A stretch of 64,000 bases of DNA from Candidatus Fermentibacterota bacterium (GCA_963845085.1 CAWJQI010000005.1:288001-352000); one strand, 5' to 3'; counted from the stretch's first letter, positions 41,471 to 51,711 are shown. Translations and numbers: made by a program. Notes: generated from the letters alone by a model not told the origin.

Positions 41471-43936
41471 ATGCAAAGGATTACCATGGATGAATCTAAC
41501 GTTTTCTCAACTCGAAGGGAAGGCCATTCGGTCATTCCTGAAACCAATTTTCCCCAGATTTCACTTTGCGCTCCAGGCAGCGAAGATCCAGTTCAGAAAC
41601 TACTTAGCAGGTTAAACGGTGTAAAGCAGCTTCCATCTGGCAGTTGGCAAGCACTCTGCCCAGCTCATGATGATCATACGCCCAGTCTATGCGTTCGCCA
41701 GGGAGATGATGGTCGCGCATTAGTCAAGTGCCACACCGGATGCTCCACACCCGATGTACTTCATGTTCTTGGTCTTACGGTCAAGGATCTGTTTCCGCAA
41801 AGGAAAAAAACAGGCTTATCCATCTCAGAGCAAGGCTTTCACATCGATCGTGTTTACGATTACCGAGATTTCTCTGGAACGCTTTGCTACCAAGTTGTAC
41901 GCCTCATCCCGAAGGACTTCCGTATTAGGCGACCTGATGGAAAGGGTGGTTGGATTTGGAACAAGCATGGGGTTCAGCTCATCCTTTACCGTCTACCCGA
42001 GCTGCTTGCATCCGACCAGTCTGATTTGGTTTTCATCTGTGAGGGCGAGAAAGACGCTGACGCCATGTTGGAAATCGGTCTGATCGCTTTACGACAAACT
42101 CATGTGGCGCATCTGGATGGGAGGCAATTTCAGATTTCTCAGCACTCAAAGACAGACGGGTTGTTGTCATCCCTGACCGTGACGAGGCTGGTAAAAAACG
42201 GGCTGATAGAGTCGCTACAAGGCTGTTCGGTATCACTGCCGAGAGATTCGCGTCCTGGATCTTGGCCAGTGGAAAGACTTCACAGGAAAGGACGTCTTCG
42301 ACTGGCTCGAAAGCCATAGTGACAAGGGACCTTCTGAGCTTGCACTGATCCTGCGTACAACGCTGCCGAAACTTCCCCCCCTTTGGAATAGTAGGGAATG
42401 GCAGGATAAATCCGTTGTGAGATATGGCAACATGGGTACATCTCTACCTGCATTTCCTGTTGATGTTTTCCCGGATTGGCTTGGCAAAATGGTTTCTGGG
42501 TTAGCCATCTCCATGCAGACCCAGAAGATCTTCCAGCCACAGTTGCTCTTGGCATACTGTCCCTCATGTGTGGCGGTGGGAGGGTGGAGATCAGGGAAGG
42601 CTGGAGTGAACCTCTGAGCTTGTATGCTGCCTGTGTACTTCCAGTTGCCTGCAGAAAAACTCCATGCTTCGATGCCATGTTGAAGCCAGTGCGGAGTTTC
42701 GAGAAGTCCCTTCAAGCTGAGGTCGCTCCTCTGATCTCCAAGGCAAAGGCCAATCGTGACATTCTCGAGGGGCGACTCAAAAACCTCAAGAAATCAGCTT
42801 CTTCCAGCGATCAAGACTCTCAAGCCCAAGAGGAAGTCCTTGATTTAGCTGCTGTAGTCGACAGCATGGAGATACCCGCTCAGCCAATCCTTTTCACTTC
42901 AGACGTCACACCGGAGGGCATTGTCCGTATGCTTGAGGAGCAAAAGGGTCGTGCGGCTGTCTTCTCTGACGAAGGAGGTGAGCTGATCGCCAATATCTCG
43001 GGCCGTTACTCCAAGGATGGTCAAGGCAACATGGAGGTCATTCTTAAGGCTCATGCGGGGACATCGATTAGAGTGTTCCGGGCAGACAGATGCCGTACTC
43101 CTGTTTCGGTAGACAACCCTGCCATTTCGATTGTTTTATGCCTGCAACCATCGGTGATGGAAAGAGTGTGGCAGCGTGATGACCTGAACGAAAGAGGCAT
43201 GATCGCCCGTTTCCTCTGGTCAGTCCCTCCGAGCCCTCTTGGACACCGTATGTCACGACCACCAGGTTGTGATCACAGCGTTGCTGATTCATATCACCGC
43301 ATCGTCACAGAAGTTCTTGGGACCAGGTTTCCTAGCAGTGGAAATACGACAAAAAGCGTTCTTAAGGTTTCTCCAGAGGCCCTAGACATTGTTCTGGATC
43401 TGCTTGATGACCTTGAACCTGAACTGGACGAAAATGGACGGTTCTCTTGCATGTCTGGTTGGGTAGGGAAACTCGCGGGTGCTGTCGTACGAATAGCAGG
43501 CATTCTTCATGTTGCATCACGCCGTGGACCTAACAGTGGTTCAGACCCGAATCTTATTGACGAAGAGACGATGCTGAATGCCGTAAAGATTGGTCGGTAT
43601 TTCCTGGCTCACGCAGAACATGCATATGCCTTCTTCGGGAGAACGGATGAAACAGAAATCCAGAACAGAATCCAGCGTTGGATTCACAAAAATGGTTTTG
43701 AAAGCTTTACGGAACGCGATCTCATAAGAAATCTCGGTGTTCAGAAAAAGTGGATCACTGAACCGCTGAGGAGCCTGCAGGATAAAGGCTGTATTGAAGA
43801 AGCACCTGAGAGCCATCGTACAAAGGCTGGAAAACCCGGACGGAAACCGAGTAAGAAATGGACGGTTCTACCGCAGGCTATGTCAGGTTCAGGTGATTCT
43901 GTCAATTCTGTCAATGGAGTGCGAAATGAAAAATAA
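41471..43936 (+). pseudogene. Primase (zinc finger + TOPRIM) fused to a DUF3987/YfjI helicase-like domain, frameshifted
   Basis: CPAHDDHTPSL...KCHTGC, FICEGEKDA, IPDRDEAG; WSEPLSLY, TSDVTPE, FSDEGG, GMIARFL. Confidence 0.85.
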
Positions 43937-44225
43937 TGACGATATCAACCAAGACAACACCGACTACGATGGAATCATCCGTGAGCTCGGGGCAATGAAT
44001 TCAAAGGACTTAGTGAGCGAGAAGGCTCTTGCCAGGATCTTTCACCGTGGACCAGTCAGCATAAAACGAGCGGTTCAGCGCAAGGAGCTCCCACCTTCGG
44101 TAAAAGTGCTTGGTAAGCCTGTCTGGACTGCAGGCGCCATCATAGAGTTCATTGAAAAACGGCTGGCTCACGCCTGCTCGGAAGCTGAAAAGGATGATGG
44201 ACGAATTGCTCGACTGCATCGATAG
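43926..44225 (+). CDS. AlpA/excisionase-like HTH protein
   Basis: EKALARIF...SIKRAVQRKELPPSVKVLGKPVW; lies between the primase and the integrase. Confidence 0.7.
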   Translation: MKNNDDINQDNTDYDGIIRELGAMNSKDLVSEKALARIFHRGPVSIKRAVQRKELPPSVKVLGKPVWTAGAIIEFIEKRLAHACSEAEKDDGRIARLHR

Positions 44226-44282
44226 GCTGTTAGAGAGATACGATTAAGATGGAAAAATATAAACACGAAAGAGGAAATCAAC

Positions 44283-45785
44283 ATGGCTGGCGTAAGAAAC
44301 AAGCCTAAGAATAACGGCAAGTACCAGGGCTGGTTCGTGAACTTTGAAGGTAAGCGAGTCTTCTTCACAGGTACACACAGGAGGGCTGAAACGAGACAGA
44401 TGGCGGAGAGCCTTGAGGACGAGCATCGGCAAATCAGACTTGGGTACAGACAGGCTCCTTCCTCTGCTGTCAGAAACCTCAAGGTTCCATTCCGGGATGT
44501 CGCTGACGAGTACCTGGCTTGGGGCAATTCGCAGGGTGGAAGGGGTGGCAGGCCCTGGGGAAAGACTCATGCAAAAGAGCGCAAGAACAAACTGGCATGG
44601 TGGGAGGACCGTCTTGGCCTCAGGCTGATGGAAGACCTCACTGGCATTCTTGCCAGAGTCGAATCAGCGCTTCGAGATGTCCAGAATGGCGGATACAACG
44701 GCAAGGGAACAGAACGTGCAGGAAAGACCTTGGAGAACTACGCGGATTGCCTGCGGGGCTTCTGCAACTGGGCAAAACAACATGGTTACCTTGAAGTCGA
44801 TCCTCTCACCGAGATGAAATCGTTCAACGCGGAGCCCAAAACACATCGAAGGGCATTATCGGTTGACGAGATCCAGAGGGTTCTCGATATAGCACCAGAA
44901 CATCGAAGGCTTCTGTATCAAGTAGCCTTCACCACTGGACTCAGAGCCGGCGAACTTCGATCACTTACCCCGGAACATGTTGACCTTGATGAAAGCGAGC
45001 TGATCCTTGATCCATCATGGACAAAGAACAGAAAGCCAGGGAATCAACCAATCCCAAGAGCTATCGCTGAACAGCTTGTTGAGTACGGTAGAAGCGGTAA
45101 AGCGAAAAGACTGTACAAATCGCGATATGGGCGATCCGACGCCAGACTGAAGGATGTCCCCGAGAACCCACTGCTGTTCGTACCCACGCATACTGCAAGA
45201 GAGTTTCAGAAGGACCTTGAAGCTGCTGGCATTGCTGTGTCCATACCCGGCGAGGGAAAAGCCGATTTTCACTCGTGGAGGGTTACCTTTGTCACCTTCA
45301 TCATGGATGCCGGAGCAACTGTGAAGGAAGGGCAAACTCTGGCTCGTCATTCGACACCTGAGCTTACGATGAACGTCTATGCAAGAACAAGGGACGAAAG
45401 GCTGTCATCACTGGTCGACACTATTGGGAACACCGTTCTTGTGCACAGAAACCGTGCTATATGTGTGCACTCGGATGATGATTCGGAAGGAGAGGAGGAT
45501 GATATCCAATTACCCGTCAATCACTTAGGTCCCATTGAGGACTGGTGGAGGCGGCGGGATTCGAACCCGCGTCCGCGCACGGGGGTTGAGCAGGCAGCTA
45601 CATGCATAGTCCGTACTCGTTCTCGTCCGGAGGTGGGCAACGGACGGCGCTCCCCGGACATGCCTTCCATTGATCTCGCCTCTTCACCCCGGAAGGTGGG
45701 GGGATGGAGGCCAGCCTTCATTGCGTCGCCCTGTTCAGTCCCGAAGGCGAGGGCTGAGAGGACGGCCACCCTTACAAGAGGGTGA
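44283..45785 (+). CDS. int: Tyrosine integrase; ORF reads through att and into the antisense strand of tmRNA
   Basis: TGLRAGEL, TKNRK, FHSWR, LARHS, MNVYA catalytic set. Confidence 0.93.
   Translation: MAGVRNKPKNNGKYQGWFVNFEGKRVFFTGTHRRAETRQMAESLEDEHRQIRLGYRQAPSSAVRNLKVPFRDVADEYLAWGNSQGGRGGRPWGKTHAKERKNKLAWWEDRLGLRLMEDLTGILARVESALRDVQNGGYNGKGTERAGKTLENYADCLRGFCNWAKQHGYLEVDPLTEMKSFNAEPKTHRRALSVDEIQRVLDIAPEHRRLLYQVAFTTGLRAGELRSLTPEHVDLDESELILDPSWTKNRKPGNQPIPRAIAEQLVEYGRSGKAKRLYKSRYGRSDARLKDVPENPLLFVPTHTAREFQKDLEAAGIAVSIPGEGKADFHSWRVTFVTFIMDAGATVKEGQTLARHSTPELTMNVYARTRDERLSSLVDTIGNTVLVHRNRAICVHSDDDSEGEEDDIQLPVNHLGPIEDWWRRRDSNPRPRTGVEQAATCIVRTRSRPEVGNGRRSPDMPSIDLASSPRKVGGWRPAFIASPCSVPKARAERTATLTRG
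45535..45565. repeat. att core, right island boundary
   Basis: Identical to 22466-22496; overlaps the tmRNA 3' end. Confidence 0.93.
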
Positions 45786-45897
45786 CGGGTTGTCGCTTAC
45801 GCGGCAGTTGTTTGTTCCCGCCTTTTTAACGAGGCCGGCGGAACCTCGGCATGCTCCCGCAAAACCGCATCCGTACCCGTCGAGACCTGTCGCCCCC
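45543..45897 (-). ncRNA. ssrA: tmRNA (355 nt)
   Basis: 5' GGGGGCG..TCTCGACGGG; 3' GGGTTCGAATCCCGCCGCCTCCACCA; G3.U acceptor wobble; pk1 (GAGG/CCTC, TTCCGCC/GGCGGGA). Confidence 0.95.
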
Positions 45898-45975
45898 ACG
45901 AATAGGATTGAAACATAATGTTTTCCGGCGCATTGTTCAACCTGCGCATCGCAGCTGCGCCGGTTCGCCCAAAGT

Positions 45976-46452
45976 TCAGACCGACTTTTCGAACATGTCG
46001 TACCAGCTCATTCCGCTGACCTTATCTTCGGTTATCTCCCCGTTCATGTTCATCGTAACCCTAAGGTAGCGGGGCTTTGCCTTCCGTTTGAGGTAAGCCG
46101 TAATGCCGGTGGTTCCTGGTTGAGCCTCGTTGGGTTCCTGCTGTGTTCCGTTGGCATCCCAGATGAAACGGTGGTGAATCTTGTAGGTCTCGTCATCAAT
46201 CGGCTCACCGGTGTCCACCAACTGGTGTCGCTCCTGGATCATTGCCAGGAAGCCGGGCCAGCGCTGATCCGTTCTGACTCTGTCCGAGTATTCGAACATC
46301 TTCCTGTAGTGTTCGGAGTATATCTTGTTGCTCTCTTCAACGTACTTCCCGGTCCTCTTCCACTTCAGAAGCAGGTAGACAATGATGATGATCGCACTGA
46401 CTACGATGACCAAAGGTCGATTGGATAAGATACCAGAGGAGTAATCGTTCAT
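45976..46452 (-). CDS. Single-TM hypothetical protein
   Basis: RBS + MNDYSS start; hydrophobic LVIVVSAIIIIVYLLL. Confidence 0.6.
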   Translation of the reverse strand: MNDYSSGILSNRPLVIVVSAIIIIVYLLLKWKRTGKYVEESNKIYSEHYRKMFEYSDRVRTDQRWPGFLAMIQERHQLVDTGEPIDDETYKIHHRFIWDANGTQQEPNEAQPGTTGITAYLKRKAKPRYLRVTMNMNGEITEDKVSGMSWYDMFEKSV

Positions 46453-46620
46453 CTTGCACTCTCCAAGGTTGTTGGCAAATTCCCGACGCTTGCACAAGAG
46501 CGGATTTATATGGAGAGGAACGATTCGTGTCAAAAAGAAAAGACTATCTCCGGGGTTGATTTCCCCGGGTGTTTCCTGTATATATTGCCTTCATTTGCGC
46601 AGACACACAAGGAGACCGTC

Positions 46621-46809
46621 ATGTCCTGGAAATGCGATATATGCGGAAAGAAGCCTTCGGTGGGCTACCGGGTCAGCCACTCCACCAGGCACACAAAGCA
46701 CATCTGGAAGCCCAATCTTCAGGCCGCCAGGGTTCTGATCAACGGCGTAGCCACCAAGATCCGCGCCTGCACAACCTGCATCAAAAGCGGCAGGGTGAAG
46801 AAGGCCTGA
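46621..46809 (+). CDS. rpmB: 50S ribosomal protein L28 (Zn-binding form)
   Basis: MSWKCDICGKKP..G..VSHS...WKPNLQ...CTTCIKSG. Confidence 0.95.
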   Translation: MSWKCDICGKKPSVGYRVSHSTRHTKHIWKPNLQAARVLINGVATKIRACTTCIKSGRVKKA

Positions 46810-46821
46810 TCCCTTTCACTC

Positions 46822-46852
46822 CGGGGGCGCTTTCCAAATGGATGCGCCCCCG
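46822..46852. terminator. Hairpin terminator between convergent genes
   Basis: CGGGGGCGC...GCGCCCCCG. Confidence 0.55.
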
Positions 46853-46863
46853 TGGTGTATTCC

Positions 46864-48672
46864 CTACCTGACCACAACAACTCTGGTGCCGGTATCGAAA
46901 CCCTCTCCTGTCGCCTTCATGATAGTACACTCCCGGGGCAACTCCTGAGGCATCCCACTGCAGCGTGCTCTCCCCCGCGGGAAGTGCTTCATCGCATACA
47001 GTTTCAACGAGCCTGCCATCGAGGCCGTAAACGGAAACAGTGCATACAGCTGGTTCCGGAAGGGTCAGCAAAACAGAGGCAACAGCCCTCACCGGGCTCG
47101 GGAACGCACGAAGGACAAGGGCAGGTTCCTCCTCTATCCCCAGTGGATCGTAGGTCACAGTGACCGAGTTGAGCTGGGGGGAGAACGAGGGGCTCCCGCT
47201 GAGCATCGTCACCCGGTACTGCATGTAGCTCTCGCCGTCTGCAAGATAAGTGGACAGATCAGCAGGGGCGTAGATGCAATGCGCTCCACTCCCCGAGGTT
47301 ACCGGGATCATCCGAACCCCTCACCTGGAAACAGAGCTGTGTCTCGACGGGTACAAAGCATCCCAGCTCAACTCCCCCCACGAGGCGTCGTTCACGTACA
47401 GGATGTCGCTTTTGAGCCAGCCCGAACTGCGAGAAGTAGCCCTCCCAAGGCGCCACCAGTAGAGGTCATAGTATTCAGCCGTGGAAGCTGCACACAAAAT
47501 CTTCCACCCCATTGCCATCGAAGTCGCCGGGGGCGACAAGGCCACCAGCGCTCTCAGAGTCGAGACCGCCCTCGGGTGGGTACTCCTCGAGAACCCTTTG
47601 GACGAATCTCTCAGACGGGCTCCGGGTGTTCTCGAACACCCCAAGGCTGTTTGGTGCTGCGGTAGACAACGTCCATGTCGCCGTCGCTGTCAAAGTCAAT
47701 AGGTGAGACCGTGTATGCTTCGATTGCTTCAAGGCTGAAGAACTGATTGAATTCGGGCCCTCTGTGACCAGCGGATTCTGCCGTCTGCAAAGGGGTGCCA
47801 GCACCCATGTAATCCTTTATTCCGTCGTTGTCCAGATCAACAAACATGGGAAACCCGGAGTATTCACAGTAGGTCGGATTATAACCTCATGACTCCAGCC
47901 TGAAGGTCTATCCCTCATCAGACCTACTCCCATATAGGGTGACGTAGACGAAAATCGTGGCAGTAAGGTACCCGTCGCTTCAATGTACCTGAGGTGTAAA
48001 CACGTCCGCCACCGAACGCATTGCTGATCAGGAACAGAACGATTCGGTCCCAGACCAGGCTAATCCATCACCAAGATTCTTGTAGAGAGAAGACTCAATA
48101 CATGTCATCCCGTAGTCGGGTCAGACATATGATATCGTTATTGCCGTCCTCGTCGTAGTCCACGCGACGCCACCCGCGGTGCCAATATCTCAACAAACCT
48201 CATCTGCCAGTTACCGTAGGGATCTTCGGGATTCTCCCACCAGAACAGGGAGTCGCTTCCTCCCAGGATGTCGTCACGTCCATCTCCGTTCAGGTCTCCG
48301 GGGAAAAAGGTGTAGACGCTGTCAGTCGAGCCCACAACCAACTCCCACCAGGGATTTTGGCCTCCGAAGGCAAATATGAGCGTCGACACAAGAGGATGGA
48401 CACCGAAATAGATCCGAGTATTCGTCGTTATTTGCATTTGCCGTCCGCAGATAGTGCGCATGTCCGTCGTCCCACACCCTCCACCAGGTCAGTTCCGTTC
48501 CCAGTGTGAGCACACCTGAAGCCTGCCATTCCATCCCGAAGCAAGAACCGAAGTCCGATCCCCAGTCTGTCGTGGTGACCTCTCCCGAAGGGCCGCCGCT
48601 CCAGTCGGTCTGAACCATTGATGCCGCAAGAACAATGCCGGTTGTCATGAGAACGAGTATCGGGCTTTTCAT
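46864..48672 (-). pseudogene. Secreted FG-GAP repeat protein with FlgD/T9SS-like tail, frameshifted (paralog of 30239-32043)
   Basis: MKSPILVLMTTGIVLAASMVQTDWSGGP; same repeat order and C-terminus as the island copy. Confidence 0.8.
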
Positions 48673-48849
48673 GCAATTACTCCCTTCGTCCGGCAGACCG
48701 GCTTCTACGTGTACGATGTTATTTTATCATAAAATTGTACAGCCATGTAAAGCTGCCCGGGAGAAAATTGACGGAATGATAAAACACTGATGCCCGCGGA
48801 TGAAAGGCTTTGTGGATGATCGATTGGAACAGAGAACCGGGGCTGTGCT

Positions 48850-50472
48850 TCAGCGTTCTTCGTTCAACGCCGCTGCAGCCTGGTATTCACGCGCAAGCCT
48901 TGTATAGCCGAAGCCCATGTTCAGGAAATCCCAGCCGAACGGGCTTCCAACCTCGATCTGCTCGAGAACCCAGTTGATGTCTATGCCGGCCTTCTCGAAG
49001 GCGGTGTTCCATCCCACTCCGGTCAGCCTGGCCTCGAGGGCGGCTGCGGTTTTCCTGTCGCCCCTGGAAAGAAGGGCGTAGATGTGTGCGTCGCGGGGTG
49101 AAATGCCCAGGATATCGGTGATACCGAGTTGTTCGGCGCCCTTGTGGAACTGGTCGATGAGGATCCTGAGCCTTGTCGGATTCTGCATGGGTGACCACTG
49201 GAAGGCAGTCCAGGGGCGCGGGATGAAGGGGTCGATTCTCAGGGTGACGGGAAGTTTGGTGAGGCCGAGAACCATCTCCACGAACTTCAGGTTCTCCTCG
49301 CGATCCTCGTCGGTTTCGAAGGGGAAGCCCACCTGGAAGTTAATCCTCACCCTCTTCACCCTTGGGTCAATGTTCATGAGTATGTTGCGGTAGTCCTTGT
49401 TGGTGCGCCCCTTCCCGAGAACCCTGCGAAGGCTGTCGGATCCGGTCTCGGGGGCCATGAGAAGAGTTTCGACATCGTATGTGGAGGGTATTTCCTCAAC
49501 CATTTCCGGAGTGTCGCGTCGGTGCGAGCTGGCATGGGCCTCAAGACCGCAGCTGATGGCAAAGTCGGTGATCTCCTTCAGCTGGAAGTGCCCGGAGGGG
49601 GTGCAGGCGGTGAGGACGACACGCTCGTTCCTCGGGATGCTTCGAATGGTCTCTTCGAGTTCCTCGAGGTGCTGCTCGCGGTAGGGAAGGTAAAGGTAGC
49701 CTGGCATGCAGAACCGACAGTTGAACGGGCATCCCCTTGCGATCTCGACTATCCAGGTGTCAGGGATGACGGAGCGAGCCGAGATAGTACCGGTGAGTGC
49801 GCCGACGCTTTCAGTGCTTGCCCACTGCCGCATTATGCCGAACCTTGGCGACACGCCGTGCACCCTGGGCACGAACATGCCGGGCAGGTCGGCCACCTGC
49901 TGAAGGATGGTGTCCTTCGAGGCTGCACATCTTCCCATGCTTTTTATGGTGTCGAGCACGGGGCCGAGTATCGGTTCGCTCTCGCCGACCAGGAATGCGT
50001 CAAAGAACGGCATCAGGGGCATGGGATTCGCAGTGACGCTGAGGCCAGTGGCGAAGACGAGGGGCCACTTGTCGCGCCGCTGCGCAGCCCTGAGGGTAAT
50101 CCCGGACATCTCCATCATCTCGAGTGCCGGAAGGAAGTCGGTCTCACCGGGGATGATGAACAGAAGAAGGTCGCACTGCGAGATGGGCTTGCCCGAATCC
50201 ATCGTTACCGCGGGGGCGTTTGCACGCCTTCGCCAGTTGTACTCGTCAAGATCGGGATAGAAAGCCCGTGAGCAAATGGTGTCGGACCAGGTGGACAGCT
50301 GCCTGTGTATCCTGTGGAAGGCAAGGTGAGCCATCGCCTGGTTGTACGGCCTTGGAAAAGCGAACACAGTCTCGAACATGCCCCGGGAATTCCCCTGGGC
50401 AAGGCTTTTCTCTGTCGACAAAAGAGCTTTTCTGCGCTCTTCGTAACGATCGCCGGCGGATTTTCTGCTCAT
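48850..50472 (-). CDS. Radical SAM protein (TIGR03960-like)
   Basis: EIARGCPFNCRFC CxxxCxxC; APETGSDSLR; FIPRPWTAFQW. Confidence 0.85.
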   Translation of the reverse strand: MSRKSAGDRYEERRKALLSTEKSLAQGNSRGMFETVFAFPRPYNQAMAHLAFHRIHRQLSTWSDTICSRAFYPDLDEYNWRRRANAPAVTMDSGKPISQCDLLLFIIPGETDFLPALEMMEMSGITLRAAQRRDKWPLVFATGLSVTANPMPLMPFFDAFLVGESEPILGPVLDTIKSMGRCAASKDTILQQVADLPGMFVPRVHGVSPRFGIMRQWASTESVGALTGTISARSVIPDTWIVEIARGCPFNCRFCMPGYLYLPYREQHLEELEETIRSIPRNERVVLTACTPSGHFQLKEITDFAISCGLEAHASSHRRDTPEMVEEIPSTYDVETLLMAPETGSDSLRRVLGKGRTNKDYRNILMNIDPRVKRVRINFQVGFPFETDEDREENLKFVEMVLGLTKLPVTLRIDPFIPRPWTAFQWSPMQNPTRLRILIDQFHKGAEQLGITDILGISPRDAHIYALLSRGDRKTAAALEARLTGVGWNTAFEKAGIDINWVLEQIEVGSPFGWDFLNMGFGYTRLAREYQAAAALNEER

Positions 50473-50562
50473 CCAGTGATTCCTCTTCTTACGAAAATGC
50501 ACTTGGGGAGAGGAATATACACAAGGCAGCGCTTTGTTCAAAACAACGCTATTTTATTTGCA

Positions 50563-51711
50563 TCAATCGAAGTCTCTCTGCAGGAAACAGGGCAAAGAAG
50601 CATCCCTCGTGTTGACATTTCCCGAGCCGTGGGCAACCACAGGGAAGGGAATGTGCTCAGTGCCCCTTCTTCCGCCCTCGAAGGGACCCCTGGCGACCCT
50701 TGCCGGAAGGTCCATCTCGATGGGGTCGGTTTCTATCCTGTCCCCGAAACCCGTGGCAATGACCGTCACCTTTATCTCAGCGTCCACATCGTCTCCGTAG
50801 CTGTGCCCGATGAAGACCTGGGCGCTTCTCCCGACTACATCGGAAATCGTCTTCTGGGCAATCATTGCTTCCCGGAACTTGACATCCCTCGATGAATGGA
50901 CGTTGACGAGCACCGCCCGCGCTCCTTCGATCGAAATGCTGTCGAGAAGCGGGTTGGAGATGGCCTGCCTCGCCGCCTCCTCGGCCCTGTTGGGCCCCGT
51001 GGCTACCCCGGTTCCCATCATCGCTCCGCCGCCGCTCGTTATAACCCTGCGAACATCCTCGAAGTCAAGGTTGATGGTCCCGGGAACGGAGATGATCCGG
51101 TTGATTCCCTCCACGGCATTGGCAAGCACGTCGTTCGCCATCGCCAGCGCATCCTCCAGCGTGGCATCCTCATCCACCACGGACAGAAGCCTGTCGTTCG
51201 GGATGATGATCAGGCTGTCCAGCACCTTGCGAAGGTTCTGGATGCCTTCCTCGGCCCTCTGCTGCTTCATGACGCCTTCGTGCTCGAAAGGCCTCGATAC
51301 CACTCCGACCGTTATGGCGCCCTGTTCCCTTGCCACCTGGGCGATGACCGGCGCGGCGCCGGTTCCGGTGCCCCCGCCCATGCCCGCCGCGATGAATACC
51401 ATGTCGCAGCCGGAAAGCATGTCTTCGATGTCGGTAAGGTTCTCCTCGGCCGCCTGACGACCGAGTTCATGGTTGCCGCCGGTACCCCTGCCGCGTGTGA
51501 CCCTTGATCCAATTATCAGCTTCTCGTCGTAGAGGCAGTTCTCGAAATCCTGCACATCGGTGTTGATCGCGATGTACGTGACGCCCTTGATCTTCCTTTG
51601 AACCATCCTGGTGATGGCGTTGCAGCCGCAACCGCCAATCCCGACCACCTTCAGGCTGATCCTGCCTCCGGAGTCTTCCCCGAGCTCCATCAGATCGTAT
51701 ACAGCCGGCAT
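50563..51711 (-). CDS. ftsZ: Cell division protein FtsZ
   Basis: AGMGGGTGTGAAP, INTD, INLDFEDV, VIATGF, C-terminal LPCFLQ. Confidence 0.97.
   Translation of the reverse strand: MPAVYDLMELGEDSGGRISLKVVGIGGCGCNAITRMVQRKIKGVTYIAINTDVQDFENCLYDEKLIIGSRVTRGRGTGGNHELGRQAAEENLTDIEDMLSGCDMVFIAAGMGGGTGTGAAPVIAQVAREQGAITVGVVSRPFEHEGVMKQQRAEEGIQNLRKVLDSLIIIPNDRLLSVVDEDATLEDALAMANDVLANAVEGINRIISVPGTINLDFEDVRRVITSGGGAMMGTGVATGPNRAEEAARQAISNPLLDSISIEGARAVLVNVHSSRDVKFREAMIAQKTISDVVGRSAQVFIGHSYGDDVDAEIKVTVIATGFGDRIETDPIEMDLPARVARGPFEGGRRGTEHIPFPVVAHGSGNVNTRDASLPCFLQRDFD

Larger units (their letters stand above)
22466..45565. mobile_element. 23 kb tyrosine-integrase genomic island (satellite/IME-like) integrated in tmRNA
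   Basis: 31-bp direct repeats; int-xis-primase/DUF3987 module; lower GC than flanks; no capsid or T4SS genes recognised. Confidence 0.92.

Noticed and set aside
22466..45565. Complete prophage or ICE
   Set aside because: No capsid, terminase, tail, relaxase or T4SS genes were recognised; better described as a satellite/IME-like island.
30239..48672. Diversity-generating retroelement TR/VR between the two FG-GAP paralogs
   Set aside because: No reverse transcriptase is seen, and the differences are gene-wide and not adenine-specific.
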